A stretch of DNA of 64,000 bases, from assembly GCA_028534125.1 (NCBI GenBank), contig CM052823.1:9796001-9860000 (forward strand), in the 5' to 3' direction. Source of the DNA: Lama glama (lineage: Eukaryota). The translations under genes and the position numbers were made by a program. The notes below the pieces were generated by a model that saw only the letters and a list, made by a program, of their open reading frames with translations, searched no databases and was not told where the DNA came from. Below, in pieces: positions 12,626 through 24,866 of this stretch (positions are counted from its first letter, which is position 1; each line of letters opens with the position of its first letter).

Positions 12626-15600
12626 TATAAAATGGTCAAAAGACACCAAAGAGAAAATCAGGGGGATGGTTCCTTGCTTTGTCAAAGCCTCCAATCACAT
12701 TTGCAGCAGTTTCCCAAGTGGCTCCAACATACAGTGGGATGTGTTACAAATGCAATCAGGTTGAGGTTGGAGACAGCTGTCCCCCCGGGGAGGGCAGGCC
12801 CCAAGGTCACATGGCCAAGTTCAGTTTTCAGCTCTAATATTTACAGGCTGCATCGACAGGGACATTCCTTAACCTTTTTGTGCTTCAGTTTCCTTACCAG
12901 TAAAACAGTGAGACATTTTAATAATGTGCCTTACCCTTTAAGCATGTCAAGCTTGCGGTGAGCTTCAACCAGCCCTCCCAGGACTCTGGAATACTCTCCC
13001 CCTGCCATGGCCAAGACCCAGCTGAGAAGCAGGCTCCATGAAGAGAAGAGGGGAGGGCTCACCGCTGAGTCATTTCAGAGCTCAGGATAGGCGTTCTCCT
13101 GCAAAGCCCTGCCAGCTGGTCCCAGACCCGTCAGCCCCTTCTCTCACAGTGGATCTGTCACTCCAGGTGGGGAAGCAGAGATCCCAGAGAGGACAAGTGA
13201 CAGTGGCAGGGTCAGGGATGGCAGTGCCCAGGATGGCACTAGAAAAATCTCCTGCCCACCACTTGAGCACTTTTTTTTTTTTAAAAAAAGAGCTGCGCAG
13301 AGCAGGGGAAATGATCTACGTGGAGGTGAGGCTCAAGGTAAACCTTGAAGGGGGATCTGAGGCTAAGCTTGTCCCCTTGTCCCCTGGGCCCCTCAGGCAC
13401 CAGGTGTGTCTCCATTGGCATAGTGGCATCTTGGGTCATTAAGCACCATGTCACCAGCCCTGCTTCGGCACTGAGAAAGCCCCTGTGAGGTGGGCACCAC
13501 CACTCCTGTTCTGGGTTCTCATCGTCCTGGAAGGTGGGGGCAGCCCCATGAGGTGCAGAGCCCCCTGCTTTGGGAATCAAACACTCGGAGTTCAGGTACC
13601 CTCCCTGACACCCTAAAGTGGTCTGAGCAACGCTTCTTGGGCCTCAGAATATTCACATTTAATGGAGGAATAATTCCTTCCCACCTCCCATTTGAGATGA
13701 CCAGCAGGTAAGGATTTTGTGAATGTCATTTCTGCAAGTCCTCTGTCAGACACTGCCACACCCCCATGTCCTCATCACTGGTCATCACCTCAGCTGAACT
13801 AGAAGCTTCGAGAAGGCAAGAATGCACACTGCCCTGTACTGCATTCTCACTGCCCTGGCCAGGTCTGGCACACAGTAGGTTCTTAATAGACCTTAACAGT
13901 CAGTTGAATAAACAATGCTAAAATACTAACAAAAACAACCACCTGCATCTTCTCATCCTATTAGAGTGCCTTCATTACCCTCGCAAACCCCTTAAATACC
14001 TAGAATGCTACTTGGCTCATAGTGAGCACTTGATAAATGTGTATAAATAAACTTCCAGGAAAAAAAAATCCCTTGTCTGTAAATATAACTTGGCTCTAAG
14101 CTCTGAAAGTGATGATTTCTCCCTTAAAACAGAAAAAAAGTTTTTCATTTTTTACGATTAGATTCTTCCAACAAGACCAAAAAACATTAGCTCCCCAAAC
14201 ACCCAGAAAATGTTCCCACTTTAAAACAAGCAGCATTTAATGAAATACAGATTCTTTTACTTTTTTTTCCTGTAATCAACCTTCTTTAATAGGATTGCTC
14301 TGTCAGTTCAAGGCCATGGGTCTACTTCAAGGTCTGGTGGCTCTGAGATGGAGAATTAAAAAGGGAGAAACTCGGCATTCCCGTGTCCAGAATCTTGTTT
14401 CCAGGAGAAATGTAACTGTCTGGGATATTTCAGGACAGATCAAGTAGACATTTCTGCCATGAAAATTCAAGGCAGTCTTTGATTCTCCAAACCAGCGATT
14501 TGAGAGCTGGTAATTTACCCAATGCAGGGAATTCTTGGAAAATTAGAATCGAGTAATGCTGCCTTTCTGCTATAAGGACATATCAGCTGGGCTCCTGCAG
14601 CGGGGGACGTGGGTTATAAATGGCTTTGTCCTTGGCAGGGACAGACTTCTGCTGGGCTAGACACAGCACCTTGCTCTGTGTCCCCAGGAATATGCCGCAA
14701 GGCTGCGGAGGGGAGCGAATACCCTTCGCTTTGCCAGCAGAGACAGAGGAACCAGCAGAGCCACCAGCTGCTAATGACCCATCATCACCGTCTGTACCTA
14801 CAAGTCTTCTGGACACACCCTGAACACATCAGGCGGGCACTGCAGCCACAAATGTCCCTGTTTTCCAGAAGATACTCAGCAGGGGAGGGATGGGTTCAGG
14901 GACCATATAAGCCAGAACTCAGTGGAGGACCCTGAGTCCCTCCTTCAGGTTAAGGGCCACCTCTAAGTCGGATGGGAACCGCGCTGCACTGGGAGATGGA
15001 AGACTTGAGTTGCAATCTTGATTCAACTGCCCACGAGCCTGCGGTACCCCGACTGAGTCATTAACATCTTGTCCTGCTACTTCTTCAGGGGCAATCTGCT
15101 GCCATGCGAGGTGGTGAAACGTCATCGTCACTGTGTGTGGCGTGCCCTGGCGTGGATACCAAAGGCTGCAAACAGGCAGATGGCTACCCCGCCCTCCCCA
15201 GTTGGCAGCTGGCAGCTGGGACCAGTGCACTCTCCAGTGCAAGAGTCAAATCCTCTGGAAGTTGGTATCGGGGGGGGGGGGTACAGACCACGACGCATGT
15301 GCAGCAAGAACTCTGTCCCTCCCACCTTTGTCACCAACAGAAACAATTTTAAACTGCCGGCAGCCTACACAGCTGCAGAAGGCATTATCTTTAGAAGCAG
15401 GTAACTTAAGTTTCAGAAGTCTCTTATTTGTTACCCGCATGACCTTGGCAAGTTGTTTAACACCTCTGGGCTGTGACCTCACCTATAAGTGGGGACGCTG
15501 CAGAACCTGCCCACCAGGCTGCCGTAAGGATTAAGTGATACAGAGAATGCATGCACAAGCACTTTGCCCAGCTAGGCTACGTCACTCTGAGGATCCTTAA

Positions 15601-17336
15601 CTTACAGAGTCCTCCCTCCATACCCAGTCTGTCCCCACTGTTTCAGGGACCTGCTCTGTGAAAGCAAAAGAGAAGAGGAAACCAGCTTCGTGGGGAAAAA
15701 AGCGAGCACGACGATACTGGCCACATTAGGACCTGAATGCTGGTGCAGCTCCATCTCAGCCTCCTGAGAAAATCTTCTTCATCTCTCTTGGGCATGCTGG
15801 GATTAGGAGCCCCCGGCCATGTTCAAGGCCGTGATGCTTGCGTGTCTGCGAGGGGCCGAGCCGGCCCTATCTGCTCAAATCCCCACCAGGGAGAAGGGAG
15901 AAATCAACAGGGCGCACACAAGCAGCTTTTGAGGTCATGAGTAAGCCTTTAAGCCGCAGAAATCGGGAGAGTGGTGAGCGCAGGGAGAGAGAAGAGATGT
16001 GTCTGCAGGTGGAGCTGAGCTCAGGAAACCTGAGATGATTCCAGTACCCACCATACCCAGAGGGGGTGGGGGAGGAGCGGGGGAGGTAAAGCAGTCAGCG
16101 AGCCAGCAGCCTCCCCAGCCCGGTTTTAGGATTTTTCCTGTGGACCAGTCTGCACCCCACTCCACTGTGTCGGGGGCAGGGAGAACGGGGGCGGGGAGGT
16201 CTTTCTTGCCAGTTGCCTTCCTGAGCATTGAAAGGGAAACCATAAGGTCCCTGGGGACAAAAGCGTCTGCCCCCCTGCCCCCCTCCCCCATCACCAGCTA
16301 CCAAGTTCTCTGACATCTTAGAAGACAGACCCCTGGGGCACACTTGACCTTTTTCGTTGACACACGAGGTTACATGAGTGATGCCGTAATATTTCATAAA
16401 CCCTGCATTCCTGTTGCCCTTTCAAGGCTCTCTACTTCGGCCAACATTGCTGCTGGTTCCCAAAATGTATTAATTTGTTCAACAGGTGTTTACTGCACAC
16501 CCACTCAGCAGGCATTGGACTCTCTGTAAGCGGGCGGATGAGGTCCTGATACATCCTCACGCCTGGCGGCTCTTCATCTTGGAGGGTGATTGGACTTTCA
16601 GAGAAAACCAAAATGATTCAGAAAGCGGTAGGTTATCAGGATGGTCAACACTCTGCTCCTGAATGAGTACAAGTCAATTACATACTTCTCGAGCATTTAC
16701 TATGTGCCAGGCACTAGGCTTGGGGCCAAGCCTTGAGGATGTGCCCTTAAGGGGCTGCTGGGGGTCAGACAAGTGCACAACTGACTGACAGACAGTGAGA
16801 AGCTTGCTGTGATGGTGAGGAGCCAGGGGGCTACTGATGTGGGGGAAGCAGGGTAGGCAGGAAGCCCACGGAGAGAGTGGTGCCCATGTCCAGTTTCGAA
16901 GGCTGCGTTACTGACTTTTCAAGGTCCTTTAATCTGCCATGCCAGTGTGGAGAAGATGGTTATCCCCATTTTATTGATGAGGAAATGGAGGTCCTGAGGG
17001 GCTAAAGGATCCACCTATAGTCACACACCCAGTTTGGCACAGGTGAGAGAAGAACCCAGGCTGGGAGCCCAACTGATACCAGGCTCTTTTCATCTGAGCA
17101 TTTTACCTACAAGAGGGGTACATCTCAGGACTAAGGTCTCCTCTACCCAAGGCGCAGGCTCTGCATTCCTGGAAGCTCTGAGGGCCATGGCAAGAAGTCG
17201 TGCTCTGGAAGGAAGGAACGCAAGGGGCATCTCTTAGGTCAGTGATGCTTACAGCCCAGGAAACACCCACATAGAGTTCTAGCCCATTACTCCACGGACC
17301 CAGGAGAAACCTGTCCCTCATCTTCCTTGACCTCCC

Positions 17337-17400
17337 TTATTTATTAAACATTTAATATTTATTAAACATTTAATTAAACATTAAACATTTATTAAACATG
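17337..17400 (+). repeat. AT-rich imperfect tandem repeat, unit ATTAAACAT(TT), 5 copies
   Basis: ttattaaacatttaatatttattaaacatttaattaaacattaaacatttattaaacatg. Confidence 0.85.
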
Positions 17401-17790
17401 TAATAAAACTGACCACTTCCTATTTAGGGATGAATGAACATGTGTATGAATGAATGTATGTATTATCTACCTACCTGCCCATCCATCCATCCATCTTACA
17501 TACAGTAAAATTCATTCTTTGTGGTGCATGCTTCTATGCATTCTCACACCTCTGAGGCACAGTGTTTCCATCACCCCAAAATTCCTTTGTGCAGCCTTTC
17601 TGTGGTCAAACCCTCCTCGAACTCTGGCAACCAATGATGTGTCTCCTTCCCCTACAGCTTGCCTTTTCCTGAACATCATACCCATGGAAACACAGGACAT
17701 ACAGCCTTTTAGTCTGGCTTCATTCAGCAAAATGAATTAAGATTCACCCATGTTGTTGTGTGACTCCATCTTCCTACAATGTTCTAAGGT
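17400..17790 (-). mobile_element. L1MC-like 3' region
   Basis: tacatacagtaaaattcattc…ccatcaccccaaaattcc…aagattcacccatgttgttg. Confidence 0.7.
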
Positions 17791-18204
17791 TCTCTGACCC
17801 CACACTCTCCTCACTGGCCCAGTCTCCGTTAGAGGGCCCCCTCCTCTGTGGGACACTGAATGCTGGGGGTTTTGCCCTGAGTCCTCTTCTTCCCAGGTCA
17901 TCTGGCTTTGACTTTCTAATCTCTGCAGACTTGTCCCAGACCTCAATCTTTCCTGAGCTCAAGACCTAACATACCCAGTGGCCAACGGGACATCACTCCC
18001 TGGCCATCTTATAAGTACACTGAACCTGTCCCCAGCGAGTGGCCCACACTCCATGCTGGTCTGGTGCTGTCCTGGACGACCTCCTCCTCCTTCATACCGT
18101 GTGATGAGTGGACAGGCCACCTGGCACTCAGCATCCTTTTTAACTTCCTTCCATGAACTTTCCTGTCGAGGACACTAGGTACCGGTGTGCAGGCTGTGCA
18201 CTGC

Positions 18205-18540
18205 GATTTCCCACATACTGGCCCTACCTCTTTTCTGTGGAGCCTGGACCACCTTGCAGCCAGGGCTCTGAAGGAGGAGTGGGTTCTGCTGGCCTAGAGG
18301 ACTCAGAGGGCAGAGAAGAGGCGGCCGCGCTGGAGGCCAAAGTGTGCAAAGGCTCTCCTGACAACAGCATCCACTTTCTTACTTCCACACAAGATGTTCT
18401 TGAATTTGAACATTCCACATCCAATTCCTGCTCCTTTAGCTCTTCCAGCAATTTTCTAAGTACCCAATTTCCTGACTTCAATTCCTTTCTGTGGAAAATA
18501 CTGAGCGTGGCTTCTATTTCCTGCACTGAAAGGACTCTGC
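18205..18540 (+). mobile_element. ERVL LTR33-like fragment
   Basis: ttccagcaattttctaagtacccaatttcctg…aaaatactgagcgtggcttctatttcctgcactgaa resembles the LTR33-family 3' end. Confidence 0.6.
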
Positions 18541-20232
18541 CCTTTTCCAGCCAATCCTTCTCAATCTTCCTTCCAAAACAGCTCTCCAGTCCTTCCGCCT
18601 CCCCGTCTCCCCGCCTGCATCCTCTCTCGCTGGACCACGGCACCAGCCTCCTACCTGATCTCCCCACGTCTGTTCTCAATCTGCTCCTTTCTGTTTTCCA
18701 ACGGCAGCCGGACAAGCTTTTCCATGTGCACTTACGGCTTAGAACTCCTCAGGGGCTTTCAACTACTCTTTGGGATAAATGCCCAGAACTCTGTCAAGGA
18801 CAATTTCTCCAGTCTTGTCCTGTCATCTTCCCTACCACGCTCGCTCTGCTCTGGCTGCACTCGTCAAGTCTGGGAGCCGCTAGGTCCTGGCACGAGATAG
18901 GCGTTCAGGAAACATCTGTTGAGTGAATGAGTATCTGGCCTTCCACCTCCCTTCTGACACAAATCTAGGAGGCTGCTAGGATGAGCTCTGACCAGAAGGA
19001 TGTCTGGGAGATGGTGTGACTAGTCCCCCTTTCTCAGCTCCTGGCTTCCCAAGCCGCTGCTTGGATGCTGACCTTCCCAGATGGAAAGTGTTCGGTGGAG
19101 ATATGCCTCCATTAGATTTTGGTCTTCTTTAAACCTTTCCATTAGTCGGTTCTCTTTAAGGAACAGAAACTATGAATTGAATTTTTCAAATAGGAAAATA
19201 AAAATTGCCTCAAAACATGCCATTCTCTTCTTGCTTTCCACCCTGGTTAAAAATAGCCCCATATTCTGAGCCCTGACGTTTATTCTGAAACTATGCAAGC
19301 TAGACAGGAAGGCTAGGGAGTCATTTAAATAACTTCAAATTTCTATCATTTCGACTTCTGTGTTTTAGAAATCACCAAGTGCCAGCAACCAAAAACAAAA
19401 AAGAATTGCGATTTTCCTCCCCAATTGTATGGTTTAAAATAATGTTGCTAAGAATGTTACACCTTTCATGGGCAACAGTTGGAGTATCTAGGTTTTATAG
19501 CATCACCCTCACATCCTAAACAGGAGCAAAAATAATTAGATTAAATCACTGGCTTAACCAGCATGAAAATGAGTTTAAAATCCTCTCTCTTTCAGTACAT
19601 TCCAAAGGAGATTAAGCGCCACGGAAAAATAAAAATATAATTGGCAGCTCCAGCGACGGATGGCTCTCTCCAGAACTCACTGTGGAATTTAAGGCCGAAA
19701 GAGGCTCCAGATGCAACGTGGCCCAGCTGGTCTCCACCCAGCAGAGGGCAGAGGCTTATCAAAATCACCAAGGGAACATTTTCTAAGCCATCCTTGCCAT
19801 CACCACCTCTCTCCCTGCCCTGATGCTGAGCATCCTTGTCCTGCCCACCAAGAACCACTTAACCTCCCATCTTCAGAGGGAGAAAGAACACTGAAGTCCA
19901 GACAGGCCAAGGGCTTTCCTCAGCATCACAGCTGGTTAGCAGCAGGACAGGAGCCTGAACATACACACGGACAATGGCCAGGCCCTCCAGGACAACAGAA
20001 CTCGGACCCATGTCCTCTGCAGCACTCAGTCCAGGAAGCCCAACCACAAATGGCCACAAGCCACCGTAATGGCCCAGACGGTTGGGACATGGTCAATGAG
20101 GGCCAGCCTCCCTACTGTTCGTCCCAATTTCCAACTCAAGACCAGCCAGAGAGAGCTAGATACGCCCCCTGCAATGGGGCCCTCCCCGACATTCGTGTCC
20201 ACCAGGAGCTTTAGAATTTAATCTTATTTGGA

Positions 20233-20367
20233 NNNNNNNNNNNNNNNNNNNNNNNNNNNNNNNNNNNNNNNNNNNNNNNNNNNNNNNNNNNNNNNNNNNN
20301 NNNNNNNNNNNNNNNNNNNNNNNNNNNNNNNNNNNNNNNNNNNNNNNNNNNNNNNNNNNNNNNNNNN
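20233..20367. other. Assembly gap (135 N)
   Basis: Run of N. Confidence 1.
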
Positions 20368-20618
20368 CGGGAGCTCTCTCCCTGGCTGGAGGACGTCTGC
20401 CTTGTCACGTCCGCACATGGCCTTTCCTTCCTGTGTGCGCACTTCTGCTGTCTCTTTCTCTTCTTATGAGGACACCAGTTCTATTAGATGAGGGCCCCAC
20501 CCTTATGCCCTCATTTAACCTTAATGATCTCCCTAAGGGAGCTACTTACAAATACCATCACTTTGGGGGCTAGGCTTCAACACATGGATTTTGCGGGAAC
20601 ATGATTCAGTCCACAACA
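20368..20618 (-). mobile_element. MaLR LTR (MLT1A-like), antisense and nested; its left end is hidden in the gap
   Basis: Reverse strand begins TGTTGTGGACTGAAT. Plus strand has gggccccacccttatgccctcatttaacc. Confidence 0.8.
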
Positions 20619-22630
20619 CGAGGTCTTTGCAGAGGTCGTTAAGTTAAAATGAGGTCAAGCTGGATTAGAGCGAGCCGTGAATCCAGTGATGGGTATCCTC
20701 ATGAGAAGAGGAGAGAACACACAGGGACAGAGAGAAGGCGGCCATGTGACAACCAAGCAGGAGTGATGTGTCCACAAGCCAAGGGATGCCAAGGATTGCC
20801 GGCAGCCACCCGAAGCCAGGACAGAGACAAAGAAAGGATTCTCAGAGTCTCCAGGAGGAACCAACCCTGCCGATAGCTCTGCTGACCACAGAGTCTGGCC
20901 TCCAGAACCGAGAGAACAAATTTCTGCTGTTTTAAGTCACCTAGTTTGTGCTAATTTGCTACGACAGCCTTAGGGAACGAATACACCCCCCCCAACCAAC
21001 AGTATAAAATACCCTGCATCTAGTTGGCCACCTCCAGCTCCCCCAGGCCAGCAACCTCCATCAGGACAAAATGAAGTCCTTGTTTTCCCCCCACTATAAA
21101 GCTGTACCACTCCCCTACCTGCCTTTTAAGTCTCTGCCAAACACAAGAGATGGTGGCCGACTCCCCTGCAGTAAACTCTGAGTAAGAATCGGGGATTTGT
21201 TCTCAAAGGGTGGCCTTTGTTTATTGCCACAACAGGAAGAAGCTTTACTGCGTCTCCATGTCTTTCTCCAGCACTGGGCTGAGCCCTCTCGGAGTGCCGT
21301 GGGGACAACCTGTTCATCCCAGTCTTGCCCCCACACCTCTACCAGATGGCATCCAGCAAGAGCATTTGGCAGGAAAGCACACAAAACATCTAGAGTGAAT
21401 CACTAACCAAGATTCCTGACCGTGACACAGCAACCCAACTCAGCCACTCACCGATGGGCACCACACAGCACTACTGAATTACCAAAAGGACAGTAACTAT
21501 TAGGATAAACCATTTCTATTTGGAAGAATATGCACGACTTTTCTTAGCATGACCTGCTTTATGTATAAAGCATAAATAGCAGATACATATATACACAGGG
21601 CATACTATGTCCCAAGCATTCTAAGTATGGAGACGTTCCTGCCCCCAATGGGGCCAAACTAGGAGACCAAGGGGCCAGGCTGGCGGAGGGATCTGACGGG
21701 CTGCTACCACCCCTTGATAACCCACAACTGTGGGTCAGGGTCACACACCTCAGCACTCTTACGTCCTACCCTGTGTCCCCATCCACCACCCCAGGGCTTC
21801 CCTGTTCGGTCAGCCTTCTCCTTGGCATATAGCCCTGCCTCTCTTCCCAGACTGAATCCCCTGCTGGTCCTCTGCACAGCCTCAAGGCAGGAAGTCTCAG
21901 GTCAGGATTTAGTACAAACAGGGCCTGAGCTCGTCAGTTATACTTGGGAAGGTTCACTGAGCTCTTCCTGAGAAGGACGCAGCAGCCTCCCCTCTTCCAC
22001 ACGGCTCTCAGGCCGTCCCTCAGTGGTCCTTGTCATTGTTCACAGTTTTAATGAGACCATCTAACTACTGGTGCTCAATTGACAGGGTGAGGCAAGCTTC
22101 AAGCAGAAAAGAAGAAACTGGCAGGCTTGATGGATTTCCAGGGGGACTCATATTGTAGGTGTTTAACTAAACTGGCGTCTACTGACTGACGGTTGTAATT
22201 TAGACAGACAACCCCTCTTTCCTAAGATCTCAGAAGAACAGAAAAGTCTGCCTAATACTTCCTAAGTCCTATACCTACTCTCATCCTTGGCTTCTGTCAG
22301 AAACATTTCCAATGAGGAGTCACTAGGGGCTGGGGTTTTATTCTTGGCTTTCCTCTGTGAGCTTGTGGAAAATTACTGAGCTCCTGGGTTTCCACAAAGC
22401 ACTGTGAGGTTTGAGGAGGTTATCAGTTATAAACAGGAGAGTCATTGAATCATAGAACTAACTATAAGATGATCCCCCTGAACCTTTTCTCCCCTTGGGT
22501 GTTTTCTCAGGCCCAGCCTCCTTCTTAAAAAACAGCAACAAAATTAAGATTTATGAGGCAGTTACAAGCTCGGGCAATGGGCACCGGATTGAGAATCCAG
22601 AAACTTCAGTTCTGTCCTCAGTTCTGACGA

Positions 22631-23590
22631 TTTTTTTTGTATATATATATATTTTTATTGAAGTAGTCCGTTTACAATGTCGTGTCAATTTCTGATGTAC
22701 AGCATAATGCTTCAGTCATCCATGAACATACATACGTTCATTTTCATATTTTTCCCCCGTAAGTTACAAGATACTGAATGTAGTTCCCTGTGCCATACAG
22801 TATAAACCTGTATCTATTATATATATATTAGTTAGCATCTGCAAATCTCAAACTCCCAATTTATCCCTTCCCACCCTATTCCCCTCCAGGAACCATAAAC
22901 TTGTTTTCTATGTCTGTTGGTCTGTTTGTTTTGTAAATAAGTTCATTTGTCTTTTTTCAGATTCCACATATAAGCAATATCATATGGTATTTTGCTTTCT
23001 CTGTCTGACTTACTTCACTTAGAATGATAATCTCCAGGTCCATCTATGTTGCTGCAAATGGCATTATTTTATTCTTTTTTATGGCATAGTATTCCATAGT
23101 ATTCCGTATGGAGTAGTATTCCATTATATAAAATATACAACTTCTTTATCCAGTCATCTGTCGATGGGCATTTCAGTTGCTTCCATGTCTTGGCTATTGT
23201 AAATAGTGTTGCTATGAACACTGGGGTGTATGCATCTTTTTGACTTAAGGTTCCCTCTGAATATATGTCCAGGTACAGGATTCCTGGATCATATGATAAG
23301 CCTAGTTTTAGTCTTTTGAGGAATATCCATACAGCTGCATGTAAATCAATGAAGTTAGAACACTCCCTCACACCATACACAAAAATAAATTCAAAATGGC
23401 TTAAAGACTTAAACATAAGTGAAGACAATAGAAGAAATCATAGGCAAAACATTCTCTGACATAAATCTTAGCAATGTTCTCCTAGGGCAGTCTACCCAGG
23501 CAAGAGAAATAAAAGCAAAAATGAACAAATGGGACCTAATTAAACTTATAAGCTTTTGCACAGCCAAGGAAACAAGGAAAACAAAATGAC
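22631..23590 (-). mobile_element. Lineage-specific (artiodactyl/camelid) L1, 5'-truncated with a 5' inversion
   Basis: 22631-23334 is a minus-strand 3'UTR, tail and ORF2 C-terminus (…YDPGI…FIATLFTIAKTWKQLKCPSTDDWIKK). 23331-23590 is a plus-strand ORF2 piece (…[17 protein letters not shown]…). Confidence 0.9.
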
Positions 23591-24529
23591 AAAACTTTAA
23601 GCAAAACAAAAAGTAATACAGTCCCAAATGCCAATAGTGTCTGGGTGGAGAAACACTGGTTGAGGGAATAAAACACAATAAAATGGTGGCTGCTGTCTTT
23701 GTCCACTGAACACTGATGCCTGCCTCACTCTGCCTCCTTGTAACCAAGACCTGCCCACTCTGTCTCTCACGCACGGTGTGTCTACAAGTCCACACGCTGC
23801 TAAGCACAGGTCCTCCTCCCTCACAGAGCCAAACTGGGTGGCTAGGAACATGCCAGAAAACTCTGTTCTCCCCCCCCCCCCCGCTTAAAGTCTCATTGAG
23901 TCAACTCAAATCCCTGTTCTGTCTTGGTCTCCTCTCTTCTGCCAGCCGCAGCTCTCCAGCATGTGTCTTCCCACACAACTAGAGTCTGTCCCTGAACAGA
24001 AGCTGCTTCCAGACCAGACTCTGACTTTCATTCCTTCTGACAAACACTGAGTGTGTACCATCTACCCAGAGGATCTGTGCGGGGGGCTGAGAGGGAGTAG
24101 GGATAAACCTGGCAGTGTTTGCAATCGACCAGAGAGGGGGAAGCAGATGTGTAGCGGATGGTGACGGTAATGAGACAAATACCACAGGGAGAGGCTTACA
24201 CAGAGCTTTAGTGGAATACAGAAGAAGGAACAATTAACTCCAACTCAGAAAAGATGACTCAGGGAAAAGTGGGAGACGAGAGAGCTGGGCTCTGAAGGAT
24301 TTCCTGGAATCCCCCAGGAAGGAGGAGGGAGGCTTTCTAGGCAAAGGAATGAACTGGATGCTGAGGCAGGAAGGAGGGAGCCCAGGAGAACAGGACTTCC
24401 ATGCAGTCTGGATGCAGAGGCTCTGCGAGGTAGGGGAGGTGACAATGGGAAGGGATACTGGAAAGGATCAGAGGACCTGAGTGAGAAGATTTCTGAGCAC
24501 GGGAATGACAGGATTAGAGTCCTTTAAAC

Positions 24530-24866
24530 CAACAATTGGGAACTTATTTCCATAAGGGCCAGATAGTGGGTTTTTCAGCCTTCGGGGGCCATATGGTCAC
24601 TGTCGCAACTACTCAGCTGTGCCTTTGCAGTGTGAAAGCAGCCGCATATGATACATCAACAAATGGGCATGGCTGCGTTCCAATAAAACTTTATTTATGT
24701 TCACTGCAACTTGAATTTCACATAATTTTCATGTGTCACAAACTATCACTCTTTAGCATGCTTTTCCAGCCATTTAAAAATGTAGAAGCCATTTTTAGCT
24801 TGTGGGCCATCTACCAACAGGCCAGGAACTGGATTTGGCTCACGGGCTGGAGTTTGCTGACTCTTG
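24530..24866. mobile_element. MER58B-like hAT MITE
   Basis: taagggccagatagt…caataaaactttatttatg…ttgaatttcacataattttcatgtgtcac…gagtttgctgactc. Confidence 0.8.

Larger units (their letters stand above)
20170..20985 (+). mobile_element. MaLR solo LTR (MLT1B/C-like), itself interrupted
   Basis: TG…CA ends with TSD ccccc (20165-20169, 20986-20990). tcttatttgga|…|ggtctttgcag…aaatttctgctgttttaagtcacctagtttgtg. Confidence 0.8.
19955..21230 (+). mobile_element. ERVL-type LTR (MER54/73/74-like), split by nested MaLR LTRs
   Basis: Left part …ccaactcaagaccagccagagagagc…, right part …gtctctgccaaacacaagagatggtggccgactccc…tttattgccaca. Confidence 0.6.

Noticed and set aside
14053-14540. STAT (TTCCAGGAA, TTCTTGGAA) and NF-kB-like motifs
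   Set aside because: Short motifs that recur elsewhere in the window (about 17167, 24301, 55682), with no independent support.
18153-18926. Overlapping long ORFs on both strands (257 aa +, 163 aa - with a helical-looking RKLLEELKEQE stretch), possible retrogene
   Set aside because: The nucleotide sequence resolves into an LTR33-like fragment plus an L2-like fragment. I recognise no protein family and see no poly-A or TSD. A tBLASTn/BLASTp hit to a real protein would overturn this.
23069-23459. ORFs with L1 ORF2 similarity as host genes
   Set aside because: These are fragments of a truncated, inverted L1 that read through the inversion junction.
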